The notes beneath the pieces were generated by a model. It was not told the origin of the DNA and made no database searches. It saw only the letters and a program-made list of their open reading frames with translations. Both the position numbers and the translations under genes were made by a program. DNA of 64,000 bases. Origin: an uncultured bacterium (GTDB taxonomy: Bacteria > Actinomycetota > Acidimicrobiia > Spongiisociales > UBA5794). How positions within the stretch are numbered: the first letter of the stretch is position 1; every line of letters starts with the position of its first letter. Location: NCBI GenBank assembly GCA_963801165.1, contig CAWDDT010000011.1:224001-288000 (forward strand), read 5' to 3'. Positions 9,815 to 20,492 of the stretch are shown piece after piece.

Positions 9815-11038
9815 ATGGAACAAACGACCCCACCTCAATCGCTGCGTGTCATTGCGTCGTCCGAGATCTACCTGAAATCCCGGCGCACCCGGCGTCACTT
9901 CATGCCGATCTTGCGCGCCAACCTGGAGGCAGCCCTGGGCGCCGCGGTTCCGGACGCGAAGGTGCGTCAGCGGGGCAACCAGGAGTTCGAGGTCAGAACC
10001 GGGGACCTGACCACCGCGGCTGAAGCCGCGGCGACAGTGTTCGGGGTCGACCGCATCGATCGCGTCCTGCCGATCGATGCAACCAGCCTCGACCAGATCA
10101 CGCGGGACGTGGTCCGGCTGGCGGCTCCTTCAGTGGACAACCGCAAGTTCGCGGTACGAGTGCGCCGCAGCGGCGACCACGACTGGCGCTCGCACGACGC
10201 CGAGGTGGCCATCGGCAGCGCCCTCATCGACAGATCCGCAGGGGTCGACCTCAGCAACCCCGACTTCACCGTGCGGGTACGTGTCGAAGGCACTGCCGGC
10301 GTCGTCGTTGCCGAGTCGTGGCGCGGTCCCGGCGGGCTGCCCGTGGGAACGCAATCGCCGTGCCTCGTCATGCTCTCCGGTGGCATCGACTCGCCGGTGG
10401 CGGCATGGATGATGATGAGGCGCGGCTGCCCGATCGACATGCTCCACTTCCAGCTCGAGTGCAACCAAGCCGACCATGCCCTCGCCGTCGGCCACCAGCT
10501 CGCCACCCGCTGGGGTCACGGCGCCGGCATCAACCTGCACGTCGTCGACTTCGAGCCCGTGAAGAAAGAACTCGGAGTATCGGCTCAGGCCAAGTACCGG
10601 CAGGTGCTGCTCAAGCAGCTGATGACAGAGGCCGCGCACCGGGTCGCCCGGGAGTTGCAGATCCCCCTGCTCGTTACCGGTGACTCGTTGGGCCAGGTCT
10701 CGTCCCAGACCGCCGCCAACCTCATCGAGATCGACAAATACGCACAGGCTCCCGTGCTCCGACCGCTGCTTGCCATGACCAAGCAAGAGATCGTCGATCG
10801 GGCGCGGGTGATCGGCACCTACGAGCTGTCGACCCGAGCCCGCGAGGTATGCGACCTCTCGGAAGGCAAACCCGTGGCAACCGCCGCCGCCACCTACCGG
10901 CTCCGCAAAGGGATGAGCCTTCTGCGCACGGGGCTGATCGACGATGCCATTGCCACATGGGAGTCGGTGCCGGCAGCCGACTGGTTCCCCAGTGTGCCGC
11001 TGACACCCCAAAGCAGCGCTTCCCGACAAAATCCTTGA
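9815..11038 (+). CDS. thiI: tRNA 4-thiouridine sulfurtransferase ThiI (THUMP + PP-loop, no rhodanese domain)
   Basis: EIYLKS, FAVRVRR, VDLSNPD, GPGGLPVG, LSGGIDSPVA, TGDSLGQVSSQT, LRPL. Confidence 0.9.
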   Translation: MEQTTPPQSLRVIASSEIYLKSRRTRRHFMPILRANLEAALGAAVPDAKVRQRGNQEFEVRTGDLTTAAEAAATVFGVDRIDRVLPIDATSLDQITRDVVRLAAPSVDNRKFAVRVRRSGDHDWRSHDAEVAIGSALIDRSAGVDLSNPDFTVRVRVEGTAGVVVAESWRGPGGLPVGTQSPCLVMLSGGIDSPVAAWMMMRRGCPIDMLHFQLECNQADHALAVGHQLATRWGHGAGINLHVVDFEPVKKELGVSAQAKYRQVLLKQLMTEAAHRVARELQIPLLVTGDSLGQVSSQTAANLIEIDKYAQAPVLRPLLAMTKQEIVDRARVIGTYELSTRAREVCDLSEGKPVATAAATYRLRKGMSLLRTGLIDDAIATWESVPAADWFPSVPLTPQSSASRQNP

Positions 11039-11093
11039 TCACAGGCGATCGAGCGCCGATCATCCCCCAAAGGGTTACCTACAGGACGGAACG

Positions 11094-12434
11094 ATGTCTT
11101 TCGGAAGCGCGCGTGCGAGAATTCTCGTTGTTGTCTGGCTGCTGCTTGTCGGAGCGGCAGTCGCGGTCGGCGTCACCAACGAGCAGAATGATCTGGGAAA
11201 CAAGGCGGAAGCGGCGCTCAACGGTGCCGGCGTTGCCGCAGAGGTCGACATTTCAGGCCGCGACGTCACCCTGGTCGGCACGGCGGAAAACGAGCAGCGA
11301 GCGACCGAGATCGTCGCTGCAATCGATGGTGTCCGGACCGTGAGCTGGCGGGCCGAGACGCCCGAGGCGGCGGCCGAGACGACCACAACCACCACACTGC
11401 CTGCCACAACCACGACCCCGTCGACTACATCCGAATCGACATCGACCCTTCCGCCGATCACCGAAGACGACCAGCCTCAGGTCGCCCATCTCGACGCCCG
11501 GCTCCAGAACGGACAGCTCACCCTGCGAGGAAGGATCCCCGATGCTGAGGCGGCTGCCAAGCTCGCTGCCGTCGCCGACCTCATCTACTCGCCGCTTCTC
11601 GACAACCAGGTTGTCGTCGATCCGGACATCGAGACCGCCTCATGGGTCGCAAACGTGTCAAACGTCGTCGCCGTTCTGCCCATCGTTGGGACGTCGGGGA
11701 TCACAGTGAACGGCGAGCAGGCCACCGTCTTCGGGTATGCTCCGCATCAGGAGCGTCTCGCCCAACTCGAGGGAGCGCTCGCCCAGGCACTCGGACCCGA
11801 CGTCACACTCGAAAGTGAAGTCGTCGTCACCGGCCTCGCCCCGCCCAGCATCAACGCCGCCGTCAACAACGACGGCATCCTCAGGTTGAGCGGCACGGTC
11901 CCCAACCAGGGTGTCGCCGCCTTCGCTCACCGTCTCGCGGCCGAGAGCTTCGGTGAGGACAACGTCGTCGACGAGATCGAGGTCGATCCGTCCGTCGACA
12001 CGACGTTCTCCCTGTTCCGGCTTCCCCTCGTCTTCCCGGCGTTCGCCCCGTTCCCCGAATGGCACGTCGAGATCTATGACAACGTCATCGGTGGTCAGCT
12101 CCTCAACGGCGCGAGCTTCCCGTCGGCCAGCGCCGAGCTGACACCGCAACTCGAACAGCTCATGCCGGTTGGTGTCGGAATTCTCACCAGGAACCCGAGC
12201 CTCGTGCTGACGGTCGAGGGACACACCGACAACGTCGGGTCCCCCGAGTCGAACCAGGCGCTGAGCGAGGCACGCGCCGAAGCCGCCAGGCAATGGTTCA
12301 TCGCCGCCGGCATCGCCCCCGAGCGGGTCTTCGCCGTCGGCTACGGAGAGACACGACCGATCGCCGACAATGAAACGCCCGAGGGACGCGCCATGAATCG
12401 GCGCATCGAGTTCAGACTGGGTCCGCCCGAATAG
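11094..12434 (+). CDS. Membrane-anchored BON + OmpA-like peptidoglycan-binding protein (ArfA-like)
   Basis: SGRDVTLVG and LTLRG/LRLSG BON-like repeats; VEGHTDNVG, NQALSEARA, GYGETRP, NRRIEF. Confidence 0.88.
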   Translation: MSFGSARARILVVVWLLLVGAAVAVGVTNEQNDLGNKAEAALNGAGVAAEVDISGRDVTLVGTAENEQRATEIVAAIDGVRTVSWRAETPEAAAETTTTTTLPATTTTPSTTSESTSTLPPITEDDQPQVAHLDARLQNGQLTLRGRIPDAEAAAKLAAVADLIYSPLLDNQVVVDPDIETASWVANVSNVVAVLPIVGTSGITVNGEQATVFGYAPHQERLAQLEGALAQALGPDVTLESEVVVTGLAPPSINAAVNNDGILRLSGTVPNQGVAAFAHRLAAESFGEDNVVDEIEVDPSVDTTFSLFRLPLVFPAFAPFPEWHVEIYDNVIGGQLLNGASFPSASAELTPQLEQLMPVGVGILTRNPSLVLTVEGHTDNVGSPESNQALSEARAEAARQWFIAAGIAPERVFAVGYGETRPIADNETPEGRAMNRRIEFRLGPPE

Positions 12435-12451
12435 CGAACCGGAGGAAAAGG

Positions 12452-12922
12452 ATGCTTTACGCGGTTGCAGAGATAGCCATCTTCATGGTGGTCGCCACCA
12501 TCGTCGGGTTCCTGCTCGGCCGGGTCACCAAACGTTCCGCATCGGGGGTGTCGGGCGACAACGACAGTGAGCTCACCAACGCCCAGACGGCGCTGCGCGA
12601 GATCGAAGCGGAGCGAGCCGACTTGAAGGAGCAACTCCGGGACGCCAAGGAGCGGACCCGGTTGCTCGCCTCCGAGGCAACAGCCGCGGAGAAGACCGAG
12701 GATTTCGCCGCAGCCAGGCGGAAGTGGCAAGAGAAGCTCGCGGCCGCCGAAGCTCAGGCGGACCGACTTCGGGCGACCATCGCTGAACGGGACAACAGGA
12801 TCGCCGCCCTCGCTTCCGGACAAGTCCCGGAGCACGATCCCGCGCTCGGCGACGTCGGCTACAGCCACAGCGCCGGTTCATTCGCCGAGACCAAGATCTT
12901 CTTCAGCGAAGACGACGAGTAG
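12452..12922 (+). CDS. Single-pass membrane coiled-coil protein
   Basis: GGAGG RBS; N-terminal TM helix followed by heptad-rich region. Confidence 0.75.
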   Translation: MLYAVAEIAIFMVVATIVGFLLGRVTKRSASGVSGDNDSELTNAQTALREIEAERADLKEQLRDAKERTRLLASEATAAEKTEDFAAARRKWQEKLAAAEAQADRLRATIAERDNRIAALASGQVPEHDPALGDVGYSHSAGSFAETKIFFSEDDE

Positions 12923-12990
12923 CGGCACCTTTCAGTTCCGGCGGATCTGCTGGCTGCCTGTAGGCACGGTGTACGCCGGAAGCGATGGGG

Positions 12991-14268
12991 TCAGGGACCA
13001 TCCTCGAGTGATTCCTCGTCGGCGGGTGACGCCTCGGTGCTGTCCGACCCCCGTGTGCCCGGGGCGAGCGGCGCATCCCAACCCAAGGGTGCCGGTATCG
13101 ACGTTGCGGTCTCCTTGAGCCTGGATCGAGGCAGGAGATCGGCCGCAACCGGCGTCTCCTTCCGTTGCTCCCAGATCGCGATCGCCCAGCCGCCGACCCC
13201 AACCGCAAGCGCCCCCAAATAGAGCGCAAAACCGAGAAACGGGATGAGCCAGATGCCGAGCCGCCACATGACCGCTCCCACGAAGAAAGCGGCGAACAGC
13301 CCCCACCGGTCGCGTAGCAGCTTCGACCCGATCGCGGTCACTGCCGGGATAGGGCCGAAGACCAGCAGCAGGACGTAGAGCAGAAGGACCGCGATCGCAA
13401 CGGGGACCCCGACAAGCGTCATCAGCAACACCACTATGAGCACCGGGATCAGGATGAGGGCACCCACCCCCACCAGGGAGGCACGCAGCGGGTGCTCGAC
13501 AACCGACCGCACCGCACGGGGTGACGTGCGCCGGAAGAGCCAGATGAGCACGATGCCTGCAAACAGGAACCCAAGGAAGCCGATGATCGTGGCGAGGGTC
13601 AACACCAACTCGACGGCCCATCCCCCGCGGGTCGGAAGCCGCTGGAACTGTCCTCCGATCCGGACCGTAGAGGCAACGCCGGCGTCGACGCTGGAGCGAT
13701 AGAGCACATCCCCGGTGACATTGGTGTCCCCGCCGAGGGTCAGCGTGGTGACCGCGATGTCCAGGTCATGCCCGATCTTGCCGTTGATGGAGGCCGTCAC
13801 CATCCGGCCGTTGACGTCACGACCCACCTCTCCGTCGATCTCGAGCGTGCCGCCGAAAACCAGGGCGTCCCGTGCCACTGTGCCCGAAATCCGGGTGGAC
13901 AGTGCAACCACGCTGAGATCGGCGCCGACGCTGCCTTCGAGGACAATGCTGCGGGCAATGCCGCGGAGCGAACCTCCGATGTCGCCGGTGACCTCGACGG
14001 AACCCTGGCTGAGCACGAGGACGTCACCGGTGACGGTTCCCGAGATCTCAACACTCCCCGCGCTCACGACGAGATCACCGTCGACGGTACCGTCAACCCG
14101 CGCCGTCGTGGCGGCCAGGTAGAGGTCCTCGGGTTGCACGTCGTCCGGCGCCTGGAGATAGATGTTCGTGGTGATGATCTCGCCGACGACCGCCCGCAAC
14201 GGCAGTGCCAAGGCCAGCAGGGTCACACCGAGAATTGCCGAGAAGAACAGGGGGCGGACACGCATCAT
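12991..14268 (-). CDS. Bactofilin-like (polymer-forming cytoskeletal) beta-helix repeats fused to a polytopic membrane domain
   Basis: Signal peptide, repeated (V/I)xGx(V/I)xGD motifs, then about six TM segments. Confidence 0.8.
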   Translation of the reverse strand: MMRVRPLFFSAILGVTLLALALPLRAVVGEIITTNIYLQAPDDVQPEDLYLAATTARVDGTVDGDLVVSAGSVEISGTVTGDVLVLSQGSVEVTGDIGGSLRGIARSIVLEGSVGADLSVVALSTRISGTVARDALVFGGTLEIDGEVGRDVNGRMVTASINGKIGHDLDIAVTTLTLGGDTNVTGDVLYRSSVDAGVASTVRIGGQFQRLPTRGGWAVELVLTLATIIGFLGFLFAGIVLIWLFRRTSPRAVRSVVEHPLRASLVGVGALILIPVLIVVLLMTLVGVPVAIAVLLLYVLLLVFGPIPAVTAIGSKLLRDRWGLFAAFFVGAVMWRLGIWLIPFLGFALYLGALAVGVGGWAIAIWEQRKETPVAADLLPRSRLKETATSIPAPLGWDAPLAPGTRGSDSTEASPADEESLEDGP

Positions 14269-14337
14269 GAAGACGCCAATCTACCGGGTATCCCAACGAA
14301 CACCTCCGCACCAGCGACCAGACCGGCCACCGGGCGT

Positions 14338-15846
14338 CTAGAGGACGTAGTGCAGGGCGTTGAGAAGCGGCCAGGGCAGGACACCGAGGAGGATCGTGAG
14401 GCCTGCGGTGAGCAGGATGACAAACCCGGAGCTGCGAGTCATCCGTGGTACCGCCGTCGCGGTCCCGGGTGCCTCGGCCAGCACCGGGTCCTGGAAGTAC
14501 ATCAGCACGACTACCCGCAGGTAGAAGAACAAACCGGCGATCGAAGCAACCAGAGCCACGATCACCAGCCACAGGTAGCCCGCCGAGATCGCCTGAGTGA
14601 ATACGGCGAACTTCCCGACGAACCCGGAGAAGAACGGGATGCCACCCATGCCGAGCATGAACACCGCCAACGAGCCGGCGACCCACGGTGATCGAGCGAA
14701 GAGCCCCTGGTACGAATCGAAGTCGGACCGTCCCGAACGCACCCCGCTGACCACGCCGACGACGGTGAACGCACCCACCAGCGCAATGACGTAGGTGATC
14801 AGGTAGAACATGATCGAGGGAATGGCAACCGCTCCGTTGACGAATGCGGTGAGCATGAAACCGGCGTGCGCGACACTGGAGTACGCCAGCATCCGCTTCA
14901 GGTCCCTCTGCCCGATGGCACCCATCGTGCCCACCACGATCGAGAGCACGGCGATCAGCGCCAGGATGGGCGCCCAGTCGTTGATCCGGCTCGCAAACGC
15001 CCCCATCAGGATCCGGATGAGCGCCCCGATGGCGGCGACCTTCACCCCGGCGGCCATCAGCGACACCGAGCCGGAGGCAGCGCCCTGATAGACATCGGGT
15101 GCCCACTGATGGAACGGCGCGGCCGAGACCTTGAACGCCAGCCCGACGATGATGAGCGCGATACCGACAAGGAGAATGCTCACGTCGAGCATCACCACCG
15201 GTTGGGTGGAGAAGAACGACCTGATCCCTCCGGTGCCGTAGATCGTCACCGATCCGGTGGCGGCATACACCAGCGCAACGCCGTAAATGAACATCGCCGA
15301 GGCGAACGACCCGAGCAGGAAGTACTTGAGCGCCGCCTCGTCCGAGTTGCGCTCGACCCGAACGAAACCTGCGATCACATACAGTGCGATCGACGCCGTC
15401 TCGAGACCCATGAACAACAGGACGAGGTTCGACGACATGACCATCATGTGCAGACCGGCCGCCGCCAGCAGAACCAACGCCACGTACTCGGCACCCCGCT
15501 TGCCCAGAGTCGTGACCAGCTCCCAATTGCCGACGACGGCGAGGAACGCAATCAGGTAGACGGTCATACCGGCCAAAGCCGAGAAACGATCCATGACGAC
15601 CATCGGGTTGCTGATCGTCGAGGTGACGCCACGGGCCGAGAACGCCAATTCCCGGGCCGAGCCCAGCGAGTCGAGCCGTAGCCACTGCAACAGCGAGAGC
15701 ATCGACGCCACGACAAGAGCTACTACCCCGACCACACCCCATTCGCGGCGTTCCTGTCCCAGGGCTACCGCGCTCATCAGCACGAGCACGGCTCCAACGA
15801 GAACGGCTATCTCGGGTGCGATGGGCAGAAAAGCAATGTTCTCCAC
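14338..15846 (-). CDS. nuoN: NADH-quinone oxidoreductase subunit N
   Basis: EAALKYFLLGS, FKVSAAPFHQWAPDVYQG, KRMLAYSSVAHAG. Confidence 0.95.
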   Translation of the reverse strand: MENIAFLPIAPEIAVLVGAVLVLMSAVALGQERREWGVVGVVALVVASMLSLLQWLRLDSLGSARELAFSARGVTSTISNPMVVMDRFSALAGMTVYLIAFLAVVGNWELVTTLGKRGAEYVALVLLAAAGLHMMVMSSNLVLLFMGLETASIALYVIAGFVRVERNSDEAALKYFLLGSFASAMFIYGVALVYAATGSVTIYGTGGIRSFFSTQPVVMLDVSILLVGIALIIVGLAFKVSAAPFHQWAPDVYQGAASGSVSLMAAGVKVAAIGALIRILMGAFASRINDWAPILALIAVLSIVVGTMGAIGQRDLKRMLAYSSVAHAGFMLTAFVNGAVAIPSIMFYLITYVIALVGAFTVVGVVSGVRSGRSDFDSYQGLFARSPWVAGSLAVFMLGMGGIPFFSGFVGKFAVFTQAISAGYLWLVIVALVASIAGLFFYLRVVVLMYFQDPVLAEAPGTATAVPRMTRSSGFVILLTAGLTILLGVLPWPLLNALHYVL

Positions 15847-17372
15847 TACTCACCACCTCCCACGCTTGCCAGATCCTGCGGCACACCGTATTGCGGCACC
15901 GTGTAGTCCGTCGATTGCTCGATGCGCTGCAGCACCTCGTTCACCGCCGGCTCGATGCGGTCGAGAGCCGGCTTCGGGTAGACACCCAGGACAAGGATGA
16001 GGACGGCGAGCGGAGCGATGATCAGCACCTCCCGCCTGTCGAGGTCGAGCAGCTTCTCGTTCTCCTTGTGGATCATCGGCCCGGTGAAAACTCGCTCGTA
16101 GGCCCACAGCAGGTAGACCGCAGCGAGGATCACCCCGGTGGCGGCGAGGACGGCGGCGACCGGGAATCGGAGGTAGGAGCCGAGCAGGATGTTGAACTCG
16201 CCTATGAACCCGTTGAGACCGGGCAGACCCGCCGAGGCGAAAACGGAGAACAGGAACAGACCGGCGAACACCGGCATCACCCTGGCGATGCCGCCGTAGT
16301 CGGAGATCTGCCTGGTGTGACGGCGCTCATAGATCATCCCGACAAGCAGGAACAGCGCACCGGTGGAGAGACCGTGATTGACCATCTGGATGACGCCACC
16401 GGTCAGACCCTGGCTGGTCATGGCAAAGATGCCGAGGATGATGAAACCGAGGTGGCTCACCGACGAGTATGCGACTAGTCGCTTCACATCTGGCTGGACG
16501 ATGGCAACCACCGCCCCGTAGATGATGCCGACGACGGCGAGAGCCGCCAGCCAGGGGGCGAAACGCACCGCGGCCTCGGGGAACAGGGTCAGGTTGAAGC
16601 GGATGAACCCGTACGTCCCCAGCTTCAGCAGGACACCGGCCAGCAGCACCGAACCGGCGGTGGGCGCTTCGGTGTGGGCATCGGGCAGCCACGTGTGGAA
16701 CGGGAAGATCGGCACCTTGACTGCGAAGGCGATGCCAAAAGCGAGGAACAGCCAGGTCTGCTGCGTCGAGGTGAGACCGACGTTGAGGATCTGGGTGAAA
16801 TCAAACGTACCGGCGATGACCCCGAGCCAGATGATGCCGGTGAGCATCAGCGCCGAGCCGAGTGCGGTGTATAGGAAGAACTTCACCGCGGCATAAACCC
16901 GGTTGCCGCTCCCCCAGATCCCGATCAACAGGTACATCGGGACGAGGGTGATCTCGAAGAACACAAAGAACAGCAGCAGGTCGAGCGCGACAAAGACCCC
17001 GAGCATCCCGGTCTCCAGTAGCAGCATCGCCACCATGTACATCTTCTGGTTCTTGGTGACCGACTTCGACGCTGCGATCGACAGGGGGAACAAGATGGCG
17101 GTCAGAGCCAGGAGCAGCAGCGAGATACCGTCGACACCGACGTTCCACGAGATGCCGAGCGGCTCGTACCACAGCACCTGCTGGGTGAACTGGTAGCCGG
17201 AAATGCCGACCTGGAACTCCCACAGCACGTAGCCGACCATCGCCAGCGGCAGGAAGCTGAGGGTCAGCGCCAGCGGGTAGACCAGCTCGGTGCGACGCTT
17301 GGGGATCAGGGCGACGACGAGCGCGGCGAGCGTCGGCAGCAACACCATGACGGCGAGAGTGGGAAAGGTCAC
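15846..17372 (-). CDS. nuoM: NADH-quinone oxidoreductase subunit M
   Basis: GVDGIS, VKVPIFPFHTWLPDAHTEAP, LLKLGTYG, AYSSVSHLG. Confidence 0.95.
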   Translation of the reverse strand: MTFPTLAVMVLLPTLAALVVALIPKRRTELVYPLALTLSFLPLAMVGYVLWEFQVGISGYQFTQQVLWYEPLGISWNVGVDGISLLLLALTAILFPLSIAASKSVTKNQKMYMVAMLLLETGMLGVFVALDLLLFFVFFEITLVPMYLLIGIWGSGNRVYAAVKFFLYTALGSALMLTGIIWLGVIAGTFDFTQILNVGLTSTQQTWLFLAFGIAFAVKVPIFPFHTWLPDAHTEAPTAGSVLLAGVLLKLGTYGFIRFNLTLFPEAAVRFAPWLAALAVVGIIYGAVVAIVQPDVKRLVAYSSVSHLGFIILGIFAMTSQGLTGGVIQMVNHGLSTGALFLLVGMIYERRHTRQISDYGGIARVMPVFAGLFLFSVFASAGLPGLNGFIGEFNILLGSYLRFPVAAVLAATGVILAAVYLLWAYERVFTGPMIHKENEKLLDLDRREVLIIAPLAVLILVLGVYPKPALDRIEPAVNEVLQRIEQSTDYTVPQYGVPQDLASVGGGE

Positions 17373-19249
17373 AAAACACCCCCCCGCAGGACCATGATCA
17401 AGATGATCCCGGCGGCACCGCCCAGAATCCCAAGTCCGTAGTTGCGAACGAGCCCGGTCTGGAGCGGCTTGGCGGCGGCAGCCAGCCGCTTCACCAGGAC
17501 GCCGACCCCGTTGACGACACCGTCGATGCCTTTGGCGTCGGCGGTGAAGGCCATCTGGTTGGCGGCAGCCTTGCCGGGAAGCACGAGCGTCTTGCCGTAC
17601 AGGTCATCGACGTAGTAGCCGTGCAGCACCGCGTCCCACACGCCGCCCGTCTCGGCGGGCGCCTCCCCGACCAGGAACCTGCGATAGGCGAAGTAGATGC
17701 CGGCCGCGGCGGCTGCCACCGAAGCTAGGGCCAGCACCCACGCCGTCGCCCCGTCGGGGGCGTTGGCCAGGTTGACGCCTTCGAAAGCCGGTTCCAGGAA
17801 ATGCTCCAGGCTCAACCGCCACGGTGTATTGATGAGCCCGCCCACCGCGGACAGAACACCGAGGGCGATGAGCGGAACGGTCATCGAGCCGGGCGACTCG
17901 TGCGGGTGGACCCCCTCGTCCCAGCGAGCCTCACCCCAGAAGGTGCGGAACATGAGCCTGCTCATGTAATAGGCGGTCAGACCGGCGGTGATCAGGCCGA
18001 TGGCCCACAGCACCACGAAATAGCCACCCTTGTTGAACGTGGCGCCGAGGATCTCGTCTTTGGACCAGAAGCCGGCGAACGGCGGTATACCGGAGATGGC
18101 CACCCAGGCAATCGCCATCGTGGCGAACGTCTTCGGCATGGCGCTGCGCAGCCCGCCCATCTTGTCCATGTCTTGCTCGCCGGACAGGGCGTGAATCACC
18201 GAACCTGCGCCGAGGAATAGCAGCGCCTTGAAGAACGCGTGGGTCATCAGGTGGAATATGCCCGCCGTATATGCGGCGACACCGACCCCCATGAACATGT
18301 ACCCGAGCTGGCTGATCGTCGAGTAGGCAAGCACCCGTTTGATGTCCTTCTGGGCGATCGCAATCGTGGCTGCGTACAGCGCGGTGATGGCACCGACGGT
18401 GGCGACCACCCCGGCCGAGAACGGGGCAAGCTCGAAGAGCGCCCCTGTGCGGGCGACCATGTAGACACCGGCGGTGACCATGGTGGCGGCATGGATGAGA
18501 GCCGACACCGGGGTCGGGCCTTCCATGGCATCCGGCAGCCACACATAAAGCGGCAACTGCGCCGACTTCCCGGTAGCCCCGAGCAGGAGCAGCAGCGTGA
18601 TCGCGGTGGCGGTCGTCCCCCCCGACTCGAGCAACCTGCCCGCGTTCGAGAAGACCGTGTCGAAACCGAGCGACCCGAAGGTGGCGAAGATCAGCATCAG
18701 CGCAATGATGAAACCGAAGTCGCCGATCCGGTTGACGATGAACGCCTTCTTCCCCGCAGCCGCTGCAGACGGCTTCTCGAACCAGAATGAGATCAGCAGA
18801 TAGGAGCAGAGGCCGACCAGCTCCCAGCCTATGAACAAGATGGCGAAGTTGGCGCCGAGCACGAGAATGAGCATCGATGCAAGGAACAGGTTCAGGTAGG
18901 CGAAGAAGCGCGGGTAGCGCTCGTCGCCGTGCATGTACCCGATCGAGTAGAGATGGATGAGCGAGCCCACCCCGGCGACGACCATCGCCATCACCGCCGA
19001 GAGGGGATCCCACAGGAACTCGGCCCTTATGCCCAGCCCCGGGATCCAGTCGAACAGGAACACTTGCTGGCCCTGGTGCCCGCCGGCGAAGAAGTCGGCG
19101 GCCGCGATGGCGATCACGACGAATGCGCCGGCGGCGAGCAACGTGGCGAGATAACCGGCACCAGGCTCCCCGATCCGCTTGCCGAACAGCAGGAGCAGAG
19201 CCGCCCCGAGAAGCGGGAGCGCCACCGCGATCCAGATGTAATCGACCAT
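17369..19249 (-). CDS. nuoL: NADH-quinone oxidoreductase subunit L
   Basis: KAFIVNRIGD, GKSAQLPLYVWLPDAMEGPTPVSALIHAATMV, HAFFKALLFL. Confidence 0.95.
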   Translation of the reverse strand: MVDYIWIAVALPLLGAALLLLFGKRIGEPGAGYLATLLAAGAFVVIAIAAADFFAGGHQGQQVFLFDWIPGLGIRAEFLWDPLSAVMAMVVAGVGSLIHLYSIGYMHGDERYPRFFAYLNLFLASMLILVLGANFAILFIGWELVGLCSYLLISFWFEKPSAAAAGKKAFIVNRIGDFGFIIALMLIFATFGSLGFDTVFSNAGRLLESGGTTATAITLLLLLGATGKSAQLPLYVWLPDAMEGPTPVSALIHAATMVTAGVYMVARTGALFELAPFSAGVVATVGAITALYAATIAIAQKDIKRVLAYSTISQLGYMFMGVGVAAYTAGIFHLMTHAFFKALLFLGAGSVIHALSGEQDMDKMGGLRSAMPKTFATMAIAWVAISGIPPFAGFWSKDEILGATFNKGGYFVVLWAIGLITAGLTAYYMSRLMFRTFWGEARWDEGVHPHESPGSMTVPLIALGVLSAVGGLINTPWRLSLEHFLEPAFEGVNLANAPDGATAWVLALASVAAAAAGIYFAYRRFLVGEAPAETGGVWDAVLHGYYVDDLYGKTLVLPGKAAANQMAFTADAKGIDGVVNGVGVLVKRLAAAAKPLQTGLVRNYGLGILGGAAGIILIMVLRGGVL

Positions 19250-19251
19250 CG

Positions 19252-19557
19252 TCAGCCCTTCATCGCCGACAGCTCGTCGACGCTTGCGGTCGACCGTTTG
19301 TGGAACACCATGACGATGATGGCGAGACCGACCGTCACTTCGGCGGCGGCAACCACCACGACAAACAGAGTCGCCAGCTGCCCGTCGAGGTTGCCCTGCG
19401 CCTGGCCTGCTGCGACGAATGTCAGGTTGACGGAGTTGAGCATCAGCTCGATCGACATGAACATGATGAGCGCGTTGCGCCGCAGCAGCAGCCCGGCAGC
19501 GCCGAGCACGAACAAGACGGCGGCCAGGCTCATGTACCAGCCGGCGGTTACGGTCAT
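19252..19557 (-). CDS. nuoK: NADH-quinone oxidoreductase subunit K
   Basis: [28 protein letters not shown]. Confidence 0.95.
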   Translation of the reverse strand: MTVTAGWYMSLAAVLFVLGAAGLLLRRNALIMFMSIELMLNSVNLTFVAAGQAQGNLDGQLATLFVVVVAAAEVTVGLAIIVMVFHKRSTASVDELSAMKG

Positions 19558-20141
19558 TGCTCACCTCCGGTCTCGACGGTTGGCTCGGCAGGGACGGCCT
19601 CCACCTCTGCCGGGGTTGGCTCGCCCTCATCTAGATCGCCGAGACGGCCCTGATAGCGGGCAAGCGCCACCGAGCCAACGGCGGCGACGGTGAGCAACAG
19701 GATGGTTGCCTGGAACGGGAGCATCCAGGTCCCGAACAAGGCGTCGGAGATCGCCTCGATGGTCCCCACCCTGGGCGGGAGACCCTCCTGGAGCACCCAC
19801 GCGCCGTGCCCGGCGATGAGGATCAGGATGATCAACCCGGCTGCGAGAACCGCGACAACGGGCCGCTGGAACGGGATCTTCTCGTCGGGGTCTTCGCGGC
19901 GATCAACGCCAATGAGCATGATGACGAACAGAAACAGGGTCATCACGGCCCCGGCATAGATGATCACCTGCACGGCGGCCACGAAGTGGGCATCCATCAA
20001 CACATAGAACACCGCCATCGACAACATCGTCAGCAGCAGACCCATTGCCGCGTAGACCGGGTTACGCGCCATGATGAGCGTCACCGCACCGATCAGGGCA
20101 GCAATGGCAAAGATGACAAAAACAAAGAGCTCAGCGTTCAC
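19554..20141 (-). CDS. nuoJ: NADH-quinone oxidoreductase subunit J
   Basis: [26 protein letters not shown]; GTG start at 20141 directly after the repeat insert. Confidence 0.9.
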   Translation of the reverse strand: MNAELFVFVIFAIAALIGAVTLIMARNPVYAAMGLLLTMLSMAVFYVLMDAHFVAAVQVIIYAGAVMTLFLFVIMLIGVDRREDPDEKIPFQRPVVAVLAAGLIILILIAGHGAWVLQEGLPPRVGTIEAISDALFGTWMLPFQATILLLTVAAVGSVALARYQGRLGDLDEGEPTPAEVEAVPAEPTVETGGEQ

Positions 20142-20142
20142 A

Positions 20143-20475
20143 TTCTTCTCCCTCTGGGAGAAGTGCCGAGCGCAGCAAAGGCGAGCCACTCTTTCCTTCT
20201 CCCTCTGGGAGAAGTGCCGAGCGCAGCGAAGGCGATGAGGGCCTCGCGAAGAAACGCCCTCCCCGACCCGGCCTGCGGCCCGTCGACCCCCCCAAAGGCA
20301 GGATGAACCTCTGGGAGAAGTGCCGAGCGCAGCAAAGGCGAGCCACTCTTTCCTTCTCCCTCTGGGAGAAGTGCCGAGCGCAGCGAAGGCGATGAGGGCC
20401 TCGCGAGAAAACGCCCTCCCCGACCCGGCCTGCGGCCGATAGACCATCCCAAAGGGAGGATGAGGGTGAGGGCCC
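20143..20475. repeat. Family B palindromic repeat array (157-bp tandem duplication) between nuoI and nuoJ
   Basis: cctctgggagaagtgccgagcgcagc occurs four times; the block starting at 20151 repeats at 20308. Confidence 0.92.
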
Positions 20476-20492
20476 GCCAAAAGCTGCGCTCA

